Assembly (NCBI GenBank): GCA_002633005.1
Contig: NMRA01000040.1
Span: forward strand, 865,805-929,804
Direction of reading: 5' to 3'
Length of the DNA: 64,000 bases
Source of the DNA: Phoronis australis
Taxonomy: Eukaryota > Animalia > Phoronida
The notes beneath the pieces are model-generated. The model saw nothing but the letters and a program-made list of their open reading frames with translations, was not told the origin of the DNA and did not search any database. Positions 52,308 through 64,000 of this stretch are shown here, in pieces (within the stretch, counting starts at the first letter, position 1; each line of letters opens with the position of its first letter). Both the position numbers and the translations under genes were made by a program.

Positions 52308-52647
52308 TACTGTATATATTTTGCGAGCTGTCGTTTTGGTTGGTATTAAATGGTTTTGTACATTCAAATGATATAAACTTGCACAAGTTCTATGAGCTTA
52401 ACATAACTTGGGTAACAATTGCTCTTGAAATTTTTGTTTCTTCTGGTTGAATTGCTTCATTCGATAGTGGTTTATCTTCTCACGGTGGATAGTATCCATG
52501 GCAAGAGTTATGAATCTGGTTGCTAAGGATGCCTGGCTTCAGTTTGGTTTATCTTGCCTGTTTGCACCTAGTTGATGCTTTGATAGGCTTCGCGTTTGTT
52601 TACTGACACCATCTCATATGAACCTCCAATTTCTGTCTGATGAACAG

Positions 52648-52731
52648 GTGGCATGGGAACAAATTACAGTCTGCCCAGAACGCCTGAAGGTTTCCTTACT
52701 AATGTGGACGAAATGGACGCCATAGCTGGGG
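52648..52731 (+). CDS. YAP1: YAP/Yorkie coding exon 5 (84 bp, absent from the ORF track)
   Basis: Acceptor AACAG|GT. GGMGTNYSLPRTPEGFLTNVDEMDAIAG resembles human SYSVPRTPDDFLNSVDEMD. Donor G|GTAAG, phase 1 to phase 1. Confidence 0.95.
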
Positions 52732-54534
52732 GTAAGAGTGTTGCCTCACCAGAACCTTTGGTAGACTCTGTTTTTCTTAATGTGCGCTTGTGTGTGTGCC
52801 ATCATCCAATTGCCCAGCTGTCATTTTAAAGTTTCATAGATATGCTATATACAAAATGTTACAATTGGTATCAAGAGTGCTCTTTCCTGTGTGCAAAACT
52901 GATGTGGTTTACACAAAACTGATGTAGTTTGTTTTTACATGCTTTTACTTGCTGAATTTTTGTTGTCAAAAGTTTGTGAGCATATTTGGAGTTTGTGTCC
53001 TTTAATTTCTGTCACCTCAGTCCATTGGTTTGTCACCTGTTCTGGTCAAAAATATAACCTTGACTCTATTTTTGTTTTTGCACCCTCTTCGATGTCTGTT
53101 TTTACACAATCATAGAAAGTGTAGTCATGCTAGCACTGTCTTTCCTCTGGTCTTCATGTGTCAATTATCATCCTTCTGCCCACAGTGCTTTTTACCTGCC
53201 TTTTGTTTTGTGACTCCTTCCCTCTTCAGTGCAATTCATTTCTTGCTTTTCAGTGCCTGTAGCACAACGCAAGATTTAACATAAAGTACCACTATTGGTA
53301 GAAATGCATGGTTGACATTTTGTTATTTTTTAGAATAGGTGGGAACTATAGTTTTATTATGAAGGTAACCTCATAAATCATAACTACATGTATTTCCACA
53401 TGCACTCGAGAATGTAAAATGAAACCAAAACATTTACGTTTTGACACTGCATGTATTGGTCTGTGTCTGTAGTGCTGAAATTAAATTTTGTTTTTGGCTC
53501 TATCAATGTGTCTTTGCATACCTGCTGAAAAAGTCAAGCTGTATCCATGGTTTGTCTTGAGGCAACATTACTAGAATTCATCTGTCTGATCCTAAGCAGT
53601 AAACTGAACTAGCAACAGAAGCAGTCAATGAGCTCCATTCATCCCATAATGTAGGCATGCACATTTAAAACGCACACTCGTTCTAGTAAAAAGCCTCTAA
53701 AATATTCCATAACTTTACATTATTTTTTTAACTGTGTTGCATATGATTTTAATATTTAAATAAGATGTTGAAATATCTTTTATTTCCAAACTGCGTTTCA
53801 GCAATATGAGTGAGTTGTTGTGAATTCAATCTGAATTGTCACTGTTGCATCCAAGGTCATTCGTAACAGTATTGGTCATTTTCCAAGTGATGCTATAGTG
53901 TACATACTACAAACACGTTAGTGTAGTACTGTTTACATGCATATGCACATCATGTCAATACGTAAATGCACGAAAATGGACTAAATTATCAAGTGACTTT
54001 GGCTGCATTGTCGTTACTGTCACCATCATTTACGCTGATCTTGTCGTCGCTGTCTTGTGCCTTTGTATCTTTTGCTTTCAGATATCTTTGTTATTGTAAT
54101 CGTCTTCATAATTTTCATCACCCTTTTTGTTCAGTTTCACTAAGTGTTGCAGGCTAAAACACTTTGATCTAAGTGTTTATTTTACCATGTTGCATTTCAA
54201 ACTTGTTTCTTATTGCTAATCCCATATCAGTGGCTTTGTTTTTTTTGGGGGGAATTTCCCCCAAAGTCCATTTTGGTTGACTCTTACCTCAGAAACTGGC
54301 GTCTCATGCATAATGGTGCTGTGCAATATTGTAGATGCCTACCTGCCAAAGCTAAGCATTAGCAGGTTCAATGCAATCCATAGCTCTATGAGTAGCTGCA
54401 AGAAATGAGGTTATCTTAGTGCCAACTATACATAGTAAGGAGACTTTTGCTTGGTGTTTTTGACATACATGGGGTTCAAAACTTACTGTGTAATCGAATG
54501 TTGTTTCACTACTACATTTTTGTTTATTTCCTAG

Positions 54535-54635
54535 GTGGAAAGATGCAGCAAGATTTCAATGCAATGGATCTCGGAGGAATGGATAATGAGACAGGTGGTA
54601 ACATGGACAGTGATGACCTGGTGCCTAGTTTACAG
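54535..54635 (+). CDS. YAP1: YAP/Yorkie coding exon 6: activation domain; the gene continues 3'
   Basis: Acceptor TTTCCTAG|GT. ..GNMDSDDLVPSLQ resembles human EELMPSLQ. Donor CAG|GTGAGT, phase 0. Confidence 0.9.
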
Positions 54636-54843
54636 GTGAGTGCTCCAGGTGGCATTATTGTACAACTGGTTCCTGTGACTCGTCTCCAGAGCCACTAGTG
54701 GATACCAAACAAAATTATACTGCCTGTGTGGGTCATTGTGTGTTTGATGTTGTATAGTAGTAGCAAGACCCAATGTTCACATCTTGAGTTGCCACTGATT
54801 TAAGCACTTGTCTTCCATGAATATGAGAGGTCAGATGTATTAA

Positions 54844-57709
54844 AGGAAAATGCCACTCGATTTAATTAGTCTTTTTACCATCTTAATTATTCTATATCCA
54901 TATCACCTTGTATACGGTCGATCTTACCTTGCCGAGAGGTGTCCCATTAACTTGTGAGGAAGGTGAGAAACGCAGTGACATCAGTGGTTCTTCTGCAGAG
55001 TTGAGTGCCGTTATGGTGTGGTGTATCTTTCCCGCTTGTGCAAATTATGAAGATGCGAGGATAGCGGGTTTATTGTTTTTCGATTTCCTCGAGAGCTCAT
55101 AATGCTTCAGAAGTAGCATGCGGTAGTGAAGAATGAAAAGTACGCCCTTAATACAAAGTAAGAGGCCACCGGTGAAACTTCTCCATACCGTGTCTGTAAG
55201 TGGCTTGCATTTTGTCAGATCGGTTGTTGATCAGTTGATTATTGAGAATTGGAGTTGGCCATGAAAACATAAATGACTAAAATTAATTGAAGGCTCGAGA
55301 ACATAACGTTTTATATAACCTGTTTGATGACTGACTTGTTCGTGAGGTTTGGTCCTCGGGATGTTTTTACCAGTCACTTCTTTTTCTTTTCCCTAAAAAT
55401 GATGTAAGCACACCTCTGTTTAGGTGCGGTGCAAAATCAGGCTGGTCCGTGAGACACATTTGCTCTTCTCCAAGAAGGCGTATCACTTGCGGAATTTCGT
55501 GGCAGCAAGCGCAACCGTCGGTCGTTTCCATTATCATGCAGTTAGCTCACTGACACCATGACAAGTCATTCAAACGGTTTTCGGAACTATTCATGTGTTC
55601 TGCTTTTTGTGCCCGTTCAGGGAGCCTCTCTATTATTTCTTTATCAGTGTGTTCCGGTTCGAAATGATAGCCTGTGAAATAGTAATGATCGATCTGTGAA
55701 GTCTTTGTCGGATGAGCACTCATTTAAGTCAGGATTGCAAGTTCCCATGATGACATTTATTATAATTTTGCATTTTCTTTCAAAATGAATTATTCTCACC
55801 CTAACAAATGTTTATATAAAATTGAAACAAATTCTAACTCTGTAATGCCTTGGAGTGTTCGCCGTGAGTGCAGATGTTTTAAGAAGTCAGCAATGAATAG
55901 ATCACTGCGTTACTGGCTTTAGATGCAATAAACTGATTGATTGGACACCGAGGCCGTGTGAGCGCATGATAACTCAGTGTTTGCTGACAGAAGCAAACAA
56001 TAACTCATTTATATCCTATGGTCAGATGATAGAGGAATCTTTATTTAGATATTCATATACATTCGAATCATTCTTACTGTACAACTTTTGCTGTGATGAT
56101 TCTGTGGAAGGATAACCTGACTTTGCGACCCCCGACAAGCTATAGTAAGTAGATTTACAGTTTCGCGACTAATTCACCAAAATAATCATGTGCACATAAT
56201 TTTTTTCTTTGGTTCACTAGTAAAGTCTTTTTGTGACAGGAAGTTTAGTTTCCAACTTTGGCTGGTTTATGTTCACGATGTCTTCAATCTGGTCGCAATG
56301 GGCCTGATCGGGTTCCGAGCTGGGATAGCAAGCGTTTTGTGCGTTAAGAACTCAAAAAAATCGCAAGTTTAACATTACAACCCACAGGTATGTTCTCGAT
56401 CTCCTGTCTGTATTTCACAGATGAATAATATGAATTTATCACCGAACAGACCCTAAACTCCACTTGGTTAAATTGACCTAAAGTACTGAACTTCGTATGT
56501 TCAAACACCTAAAAATCTGTAACAGCGAAGTAAAGTAACGCGTTTGTTCAATAACTGTCAGACGATTGACTGGGTTTGTTTCAAAGGTAGCTATGCTTTG
56601 AGATTGTGCGTAGATGGAGAGTGAATAATCAAATCCAATTTATTATATGATAACCCCTAATTAGACAAGTCAAACCTGTTGTTGATTAAGTAATCAACTA
56701 CAAAGAAGAGTACTACGCTAGCGCCCTCTTTAAAGATTACTTCAATCAATCAACCAAAATAATCAAATGTGTTATCTGCTATCCAGGCTAGGACTCTCCA
56801 CTTGTTGGACGTCTGTCCTGTTGGTGAATCTTCGAACTGCACTCACTGTATAGCGACAGTGTACATGCTGGTCACTGTCTCTGGTGATGCAACACTTGCA
56901 GGCAATTTCTTCTACCCGCGATTCTTCTTGCTGGTCACAGTCTCTGGCTGGTGATGCAACACTTCAGGTAGTATCTTACTACCCACGATGCAAGTGACAA
57001 GCTCTTAGTTAACTTCCTGTTCTGTTCGTTAACCCTTGCCCTTGCCAATATTCTTTCTAGAATCTTCCACGAGATGGCTCTGTCGTACAATTTTCCTCTG
57101 TACACTGTAGCAAGTCTTTATGCTTCAACTGCTGTAGCGCATCTAAATTTCTTTTTGATTTTAACCCATATAATATAATTATTCAGTGATTGGCTAATAA
57201 AAACCACATGATCATATCCAATCATATCATTGGCTGTTATAGTTTGTTCTCAGAATTTTTTAGAATCTCTAGAGTACTTTGACCCCAGAACTCAAAGTTG
57301 TAAACACCATTTAAAAACTAGATTTTGACGTTAAGTACATGTCAACAAGTCTGACTCCATGATTTAAAAGTACACATGCACAAATTGTGGGCAACTTAAA
57401 ATGGATCTATTCTTACTAATTACTTAATCAATATTTATTCTGACAAAGTTGATGTATTTGTAAAGGTTTTACATCGAATTTTGATGATTTATTTGTGTAA
57501 AACGACAAATTCAAGCAATGAGCTGTCACCAGTATGCGTGTCGTGAACTGCTGAACAGACTGCATTCGAACCGCTGACGTCATTGGTTAATTTCACTGCC
57601 TCCATTTGCCATCAGGTGTCAGGTAAAAGAGCTGTCCTTGGTGTTATCGAGTGGAACTACTTAATGGAAATTGATACAAACTAGGTTGTTTTTTGGGTGG
57701 CATTCTCCT
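54844..57709 (+). mobile_element. Kolobok-type element, second copy, with THAP remnant
   Basis: TTAA|AGGAAAATGCCAC ... GTGGCATTCTCCT|TTAA, colinear with 29915-32919. C..PAC..LFFRFP..YRVC..LHFV at ~55015-55220. Confidence 0.85.
56556..57445. mobile_element. Probable solo LTR nested in the Kolobok copy
   Basis: 890-bp segment absent from the other Kolobok copy (empty site CAATAACTCAATGTATTTG). Termini TGTCAGA ... TCTGACA. TSD not clean. Confidence 0.6.
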
Positions 57710-59399
57710 TTAATATAATTTTCAGTTAAAAGAAGTATTTTATGATTTCTGAAGAAATATAGCAGCTGTTTTTTCTAGTGACATTAAGGTTTTGTTATTC
57801 ACCCACATATGTGCCATTATCTCTATCAGGTTTTTAATCAATTTAATGTCATCATTATAATATGACTATTTGTTGCAACTGCACAAACTGCTATAATCCT
57901 TTGAAGCACTAATTGTTGAAAAATAATTAAAAGGCAATTGGATGCAATAACGGTTTGTTCAAGTCTTCAGAGTTGTGGGGGAGAATGTTTCTGCCTATAG
58001 TTCCTCGAAAAAGACTGATGACGGGAGGAGTCGGGAAATTCGAGGCGACTATAAACAAGACTACTTATTGAAGTTTCCTCTTTTATGATGCTTTTATTGC
58101 ATCTCCTATGTACATTAATTTTACCTTATTTCAACAGGTACCAGTAGCGATCTGTTAATGCTTGAAGGTGCAACCTGCCCACACCCTCTGTCAAAAACAA
58201 TTTTTGATTTACCGTACTCGTCCAGGTTACAGCCCATGCTTGGTTTATCGCCCAATGCCCAATTTTTTATGATCGAGACTTCCATAAAAGTATCTGTGCT
58301 TCTGTGAACGTTCTTCGCACAAAATTAAGATTCCAAAACGTGCGCAACTCGCTTACCTTTCTGTGACAATCAATCAGTTTTAGCGGAACCTGTACCTTGC
58401 CTTAATACGGCCGTAAAATACCCATATTCTCATGCCCTTTACTGAAGGGGACACAATTGTTTCCTTTGTCTCACACTTGGAACTCGTGTCGGCATTTACT
58501 GATCACTGAGACAGTGCTTGTCGAATGTATTTCATTTGCTGTAGAAGAACCAACAAAGCAGTACTTGACAGGGAAATCATGTCCTCGGCCAACCTCTCTG
58601 TGATTCCCCGTGACAGCACACGAAATATAATCACCCTGAGCATTTATATAAGAAAAGACATGGTCCATTGTGACAAGCCAACTTGTGTCGCTCTTCCGTA
58701 TTGGTTAAATGCATGTTTTTAATGACTTTCACTCCTGACACCAACCAAACGCAAGAGCCCAAAAAATCAACTTGTCATTATCCCAAGTCGAACATTCTGT
58801 CTTCATTTTACGTGGTAAAATACTTATTTTTTTAACTTTTGATTTGCCTAATGACTTTTTACGAGATGTGTTTGCTTCATTATTTTGGCTGCTGACCGAG
58901 TACCCCTATTGCCTAATAGTAGTATGTCCGATTGTTGAGCTGTGCTTTGAAGACAGCAGTGTTGGCTTTGAACTAAAAAAGAAATGTACAATGTATATAA
59001 AATGATACATTGTTCAAAGTATTCACAAAGAAGTCCTGTCAATCATTAGCAGTACTTGGTTGCCTAAGGAAGTTCAAAGTATTCAGTACTGAAGAAGACC
59101 TGTCAATCATTAGCAGGTGCTTGGTTGCCTAGGTGTCCAGGGGGAAGCAAATCTTTACACAATCAGTGCTTCCCTTAAAAATACACCGCTAACTAGCGGA
59201 GTCTTGTTTGATCTGTCTTTTCTCTCAAGAAACTTGCCCTACTGAACGCACACCTACCTGTAGGAATACCTTAGTTCTGTGTGTGCTTACAGTGATGTTA
59301 TCTGCCTCAGTAGTTGTCAGGCTTCTATGTAGTCTGACGTCTTGTCGCCACTTCTTCATAACAGCTAAACCAGGATCCTCTTCTTCCTGCCGTACTCTA

Positions 59400-59955
59400 A
59401 CTAGTTGAAAGCGTAGCTTGATGCCGTCAGATGGCATCCAGCTTCCTTGACTCCTTTCGACCCTAAACCATAACGGTCTTCACTGGTGGGTCCACAGTGG
59501 CGGCCAACCCACTGTGTATCACTGAGGCCTCCAACTTCCTTCATTCTGACGGTAGCACAGCCAATAAGATGTCCTCTCATCTGTCTCTCCCAGTCTTCTC
59601 ACTGCAGCTGTCTTCCTTCCCCCTCGCACACTGAGCTTTTCCAGCAACCACTATACAGATCTTGCAGGGAATCCTCTACATCCCACCTCTACAGGAAACA
59701 ACCAAGTCCTCCAGCCTCGAGCTCTGCATGTCTCCGCCAGCTCACTATATTTAGATAACTCCCTCTCATGGGCCTCTTCGCATCCTTCCTCCCAAGGCAC
59801 CGTAAGCTCTATAATCACTATACATTGATGAATATCTGCCCACAGAATGATGTCAGGCCGCAGTGATGTTTCCTCAATACTTGGGAACACAAGCTTTCTT
59901 CCCAGATCTACTCTCATTTCCCAGCTTACTCCATCCAGGATGCAAGGCTGCTGAC
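59400..59955 (-). pseudogene. RLE (restriction-like endonuclease) domain and 3' end of a HERO-like non-LTR retrotransposon
   Basis: TSLRPDIILW..IVIIELTVPWEEGCEEAHERELSKYSEL..GWRTWLFPVEVGCRGF shows the RPD..E..KY RLE motifs. Confidence 0.88.
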
Positions 59956-59959
59956 GTGA

Positions 59960-60960
59960 TTAATCATTGTTCATGTTGACACATTGATATTTTCATGTGT
60001 TATTGAGAATACAATATGTTTCAACTTGAATGTGCAAGAAAAATTTTTTTAAAAATTGTGAGCTCCACTAAACTATTGTTTGCGGAACGGTTCCGCATGT
60101 GGAACGGTTCCGCAACTGTCACATTGATCAACTAATTATTGTTAGGATTGTCATATTGATACTTTCAAGGGGCATTGATAATGGAATGCATTTTAAGTTG
60201 ATTAGACAAAACAAATACCCCGCAAAGCCATTCTGTTTGGGAATTCGCTCCCCATGCGGAAGGATTCCGCTTGCGGAACGGTTCCGCTACTGTCACATTG
60301 ATCAACTAATTATTAGGATTGTCTCATTGATACTTTCAGGTGCTATTGATTTTGGAATGTATTTGAACTTTATTGGGCATGAGAATTAAAAAAATTGAGT
60401 GCTCCAAAAAACTATTCTGTTTGCGGAACCATTCCGCATGTGGAACCATTCTGTAACTGTCTCATTGATTAATTATTGAGTGTGGGCACATTATACTTTC
60501 AAGTGTTATTGAGAATGGAATGTAATTCATGTTTATTGGGCCAGGAGAAAATTAAACATTTTAGTCCTGTGTTAAACTTTTCTGTTTGTAGAACCCTTCT
60601 GCAACTGTCGCATTGATTTTTAAAACTAAATTATTATTATGATTATTATTCCGCAAAATATGCATAATATTTCCTAAGTCACAGTATTCTCCAAAGTTGC
60701 GCAGTATTCTGCAAGTGCGTAATATTCCACAAAAACTGCGTAATATTCCGAAAAATGTGCGGAATATTCCGCAGATTTGCGGAATATTCCGCATCGCAAA
60801 AATTGAACTTCTAATTAATAAAATGCTGATGGAGGAATTGAATATGTAACATTGTTATCATGTTTAGGTTAAGGTATAGATTTGTTTCATACCATTTTTT
60901 ATGTCCCTAAGTGGATATAAAAAAGTGCAGAACTGTTCTGCACACTTTGAGACTAAATAA
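59960..60960. repeat. Insertion with ~170-bp tandem repeats and palindromic GCGGAATATTCCGC arrays
   Basis: Units with CATTGATACTTTCA..GGAATG at ~59980, 60155, 60325 and 60490. GCGGAACGGTTCCGC palindromes. Hairpin-like end near 60897-60923. Confidence 0.65.
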
Positions 60961-60984
60961 GATAGTCTCATTTGAAAAAAAATT

Positions 60985-61875
60985 GCGGTCTAGGCACTTG
61001 ATGCTGTTGTTAACAATTGATGGAATTTCTTCGCCTGTGAAAGTGAATCTATTGACCACTTTCCCACCTCTCATTATCAGAGGTCTTGACTTCCTGGGTT
61101 TAAACTTCATATGAGCCCATGTTGCAACGTCATGTAGTGCTGCCAAAACCCATCGAGCTTGCACATGTGTCACCGTAGTTATTATCAAGGCATCCATAAA
61201 TGCTCTAATTACAGGTACCACGATACTGAATTGTAGCGTCAGACCCTACATTCCTTTTCTCCGGCCTTTGTCAGAAAATTCATCCCCATGATGAACAGAG
61301 TAGGAGAGATGGTACATCCAGTTATAATGCCTCTTTCCAGCTTGATCCAGTCTGTGGTGATGGCACCTGCAGTAAACCTCAACTGGATTCCTCGAAAATA
61401 ATCTGTTAACATGCGACTGATATGCTTCGGAACGTGATAGTACTCTAATGCTATGTTGATCAGCTGATGGGGTATGGAACCGTAGGCATTGGCTAAGTCC
61501 AGCCACTCATGTCAGGTCTCTCCTCTTCGACTTGGCCTCCCTAATCAGGTGGCTCAAGAAACTCGGATGTTTAACACAGCCTGAGAAACCAGGAATTCCT
61601 CCCTTCTGGACAGATGTGTCTATGATGTACTTGTTCTCTAAGAGATAAGATGTCATCCTGCTAGCAAGGATCCCAAAGAACATATTGCCTTCTACACTCA
61701 GCTGTGATATTGTTCTAAACTGGTCAGTCACAGCAGAATCCTTCTCCTATTGCACAAAGCTCCCCTCTGCAACCTTCCAGCCAGTTTGCATCTTGCCCTT
61801 TCTCCATATTGTTCTTAGAATTAGCCACAGCTGCCTTAGCAGCAAGGGATACTTCTTGTAGGCCTTGTAAGAGAT
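60985..61875 (-). pseudogene. Reverse transcriptase remnant of the HERO-like non-LTR retrotransposon
   Basis: QFRTISQLSVEG..DTSVQKGGIPGFSGC..WLDLANAYGSIPH..GCTISPTLF..RAFMDA (YxDD-equivalent motif mutated), with frameshifts and stops. Confidence 0.9.
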
Positions 61876-62176
61876 AACCAGCAGCGACCGAGGTACGTAA
61901 AAGCCCAATCATGCTCACAATCACGACGTCACTGTTTCATGTGCACAGGTGGTAGAAGTCCATTACTTCAATCCCCCGACCTATATTTTAACTGATATGC
62001 TTGAAGTCCGACGTCAGTGTAGCTCCGTTCGGGTAAAATCGGTCCTCCATGCAGTAAGTAACAACTCCCGACTTTTCAAAAATGCCGATTTTAACCGCCC
62101 ATGCTCAGGTTACCGCCCACCCCGTTTTTTAGATTCTCAATTTAAGCGCCTTGGCCGGTAACGCAGACGAGTACGG

Positions 62177-64000
62177 TAGACCACTTAGCATTATTATTAC
62201 TGTTTTGCTATCTTGAGAAGAACTGACAGTTTGTTATTGTTGTCAGGTTTGTTATGAAATTTTTTGGAATTTTTTGGGGAAGGAGGAAACTATACATTTT
62301 TGGAAACCTCATGGAATGACGAATCAGGAAATTATTGATTCCATTTTTTTTGGCAGCCACCCTGGATTTTCAAAAATGGCGCCGGTAAAATGGATTTTGC
62401 CCAATATCTCTGCTTTTGGTTCACTTAGAATGTTGGTTTTTATGGCTACACCTTCATTTCTCAGGTAAAGGAATTGGAAATTTCAGTTTTTTGGACGCCA
62501 TCTTGGATTTTTAAAAATGGTGTCCGGAAGATACATTTTCCTCAGTATCGTTGCCCTTGGGTCACTTAGAATGTCAGTTTTAATGGCTGCACCCACATTT
62601 TTGTGGTCAAGAAATCTGAAAATGCAACTTATTAAATGAGAAACATACTTTAGTCAAAGCCCCATTTAATAGCAGCCACATTTTCTAAATGCATTCTTCA
62701 TGTAATCCGACACGTGATCACTATGATCGTACTTTCTTGCATATTTTGTTCGGAGCTTGTTTCCTTCAAGACACTTAAAACTAAACCAGAACCTAAACAA
62801 CTTATTTACATTTGAAGAACATGAATGTATGTTTTCGTAGTGTCAATAGTCTTTCAAAACTTAGGAATCAGTCTATAGATCATTACTATAGCCATCACTG
62901 TCACCAGGAATCACATTATCAGCACCATTCTGACATTCTGCACAATACTGATATAGATCTGTGTAAGATAGGTCCTTTGATCGGCAAGAGCATCTTTGGG
63001 AAGAGGAATTGTGTTTGCACTCGCATCTAACCATCTCAATGATAGCCTCTGGCACCGGAAGCTCCTCAGTTGTGAGGGTTTTAGCTGGTCATCTTTGTCC
63101 TTGTAAATTCATTCTGCAATGGGTCAAGGAACTCCTGTCAAACAATGACTGCCTGGCCCCACACTCTGGCTTGAATAAACACCCTCAGCACATGTTGATT
63201 CAAAGTACCAAATGGTTGGTGGATGTTTGTCGCTGTCAGCCATATGTTTACAGAACAGGTACCATCTCAGCTCTGGGATGCTATTTGTGTCTATACCCTG
63301 TGTTGAGTATGCACATGTAAAAGGGGCTAATGTGAAAAGAGGTTCACCTGTTACTTCATAAGCAGTACAAAAAGTCTGCTGTGCATTGATATCATCGGTG
63401 TTTGCCTTCAAATATATATTCAACCTACAGAATGAACCAGTGTTGTCTGTCCATGTAAAAGCATGGAAACCAAGAAGAGCCTTTGCCAGACAGCACCTAA
63501 TATTGTCCATATTGGATTCACGTTTACAATCCCAGATGCCATTGGGGCTGAAGTATTTCTGAGAAGCCTGTCATAATAGGCAGTGACGTGTACCAGCTAA
63601 TCTGTCAGGTGAAAAAAAAACATCAGCTGACAGTCAGGGACCTTTTGGTGTGATGCCAGAACTGCATGATGTACAGTGTATTAGCAATACATCTGCTTTT
63701 TCGTGATCGTTTTCTTCTAAGCGTAGATCACGTCGGTTGCTCTTAGTGCATCCTGGAGCTGAAGTAATGGCTATCTTGGCAGAGTCTTTATTATATTCAA
63801 GTGTCTTTGCAGACAAATATTCAGTAATTTGAGCCTTTTTGGTCATTGGAGAGGAAACAGCTCAGTGGAATGTTCTTTATGTAAGTCTCATCTGTACTTG
63901 ACCCTATCTCTGCCTCCTTTTTTCTCTTGTGGCTTTTTTCAAAGAGTAGTCTTTGTTTGTGTCAAAAACCAGAATGATATCGTCATAACGTCTAGTTAAG
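62177..64000 (-). mobile_element. Decayed Academ-like (AcademX) DNA transposon, C-terminal part; continues beyond the window
   Basis: HEKADVLLIH; KALLGFHAFT (XPG-like); ELRWYLF..PPT; Cys-rich PEAIIEMVRCECK..RCSC..TDL..CQN. Subterminal GGATTTT..AAAATGG repeats and a TAG-starting end at 62177. Confidence 0.7.

Larger units (their letters stand above)
58212..62176. mobile_element. Second CCGTA-TIR family element hosting nested insertions; HIRAN-like remnant on - strand
   Basis: TA|CCGTACTCGTC ... GACGAGTACGG|TA, with a shared subterminal GCCCATGCT motif. ORF 58668-58471 reads YISCAVTGNHREVGRGHDFPVKYCFVG. Confidence 0.55.

Overview
Eukaryotic, AT-rich animal genomic DNA, most likely from a bilaterian invertebrate (inference). 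It contains one host protein-coding gene: a YAP/Yorkie (Hippo-pathway co-activator) orthologue on the + strand. Six coding exons (13292-13716, 28171-28370, 29425-29624, 41201-41360, 52648-52731, 54535-54635) join in phase through GT-AG sites to give 390 codons. These encode the TEAD-binding region, two WW domains, a Gln-rich coiled coil, five HxRxxS LATS sites, a phosphodegron and most of the activation domain. The canonical last exon (usually ending LTWL) was not found and probably lies beyond the window. The rest is a dense, nested set of decayed transposons: Helentron/HINE-like elements, Kolobok (THAP remnants, TTAA TSD), PIF/Harbinger, pogo/mariner-like CCGTA elements, hAT-like MITEs, a deleted Gypsy element, a solo LTR, a HERO-like RLE retrotransposon, an Academ-like element, a tRNA-derived SINE and a Penelope-like fragment. 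Most notable: (i) two apparently different CCGTA-terminated families carry HIRAN-like coding remnants without a visible transposase; (ii) a HINE-like repeat delivers arrays of CTCF-like motifs that converge across the 5' part of YAP; (iii) inverted TE copies flank YAP exon 4, and a 600-bp foldback follows exon 1. Most short ORFs in the supplied track are spurious. All family assignments are by eye, without database searches.
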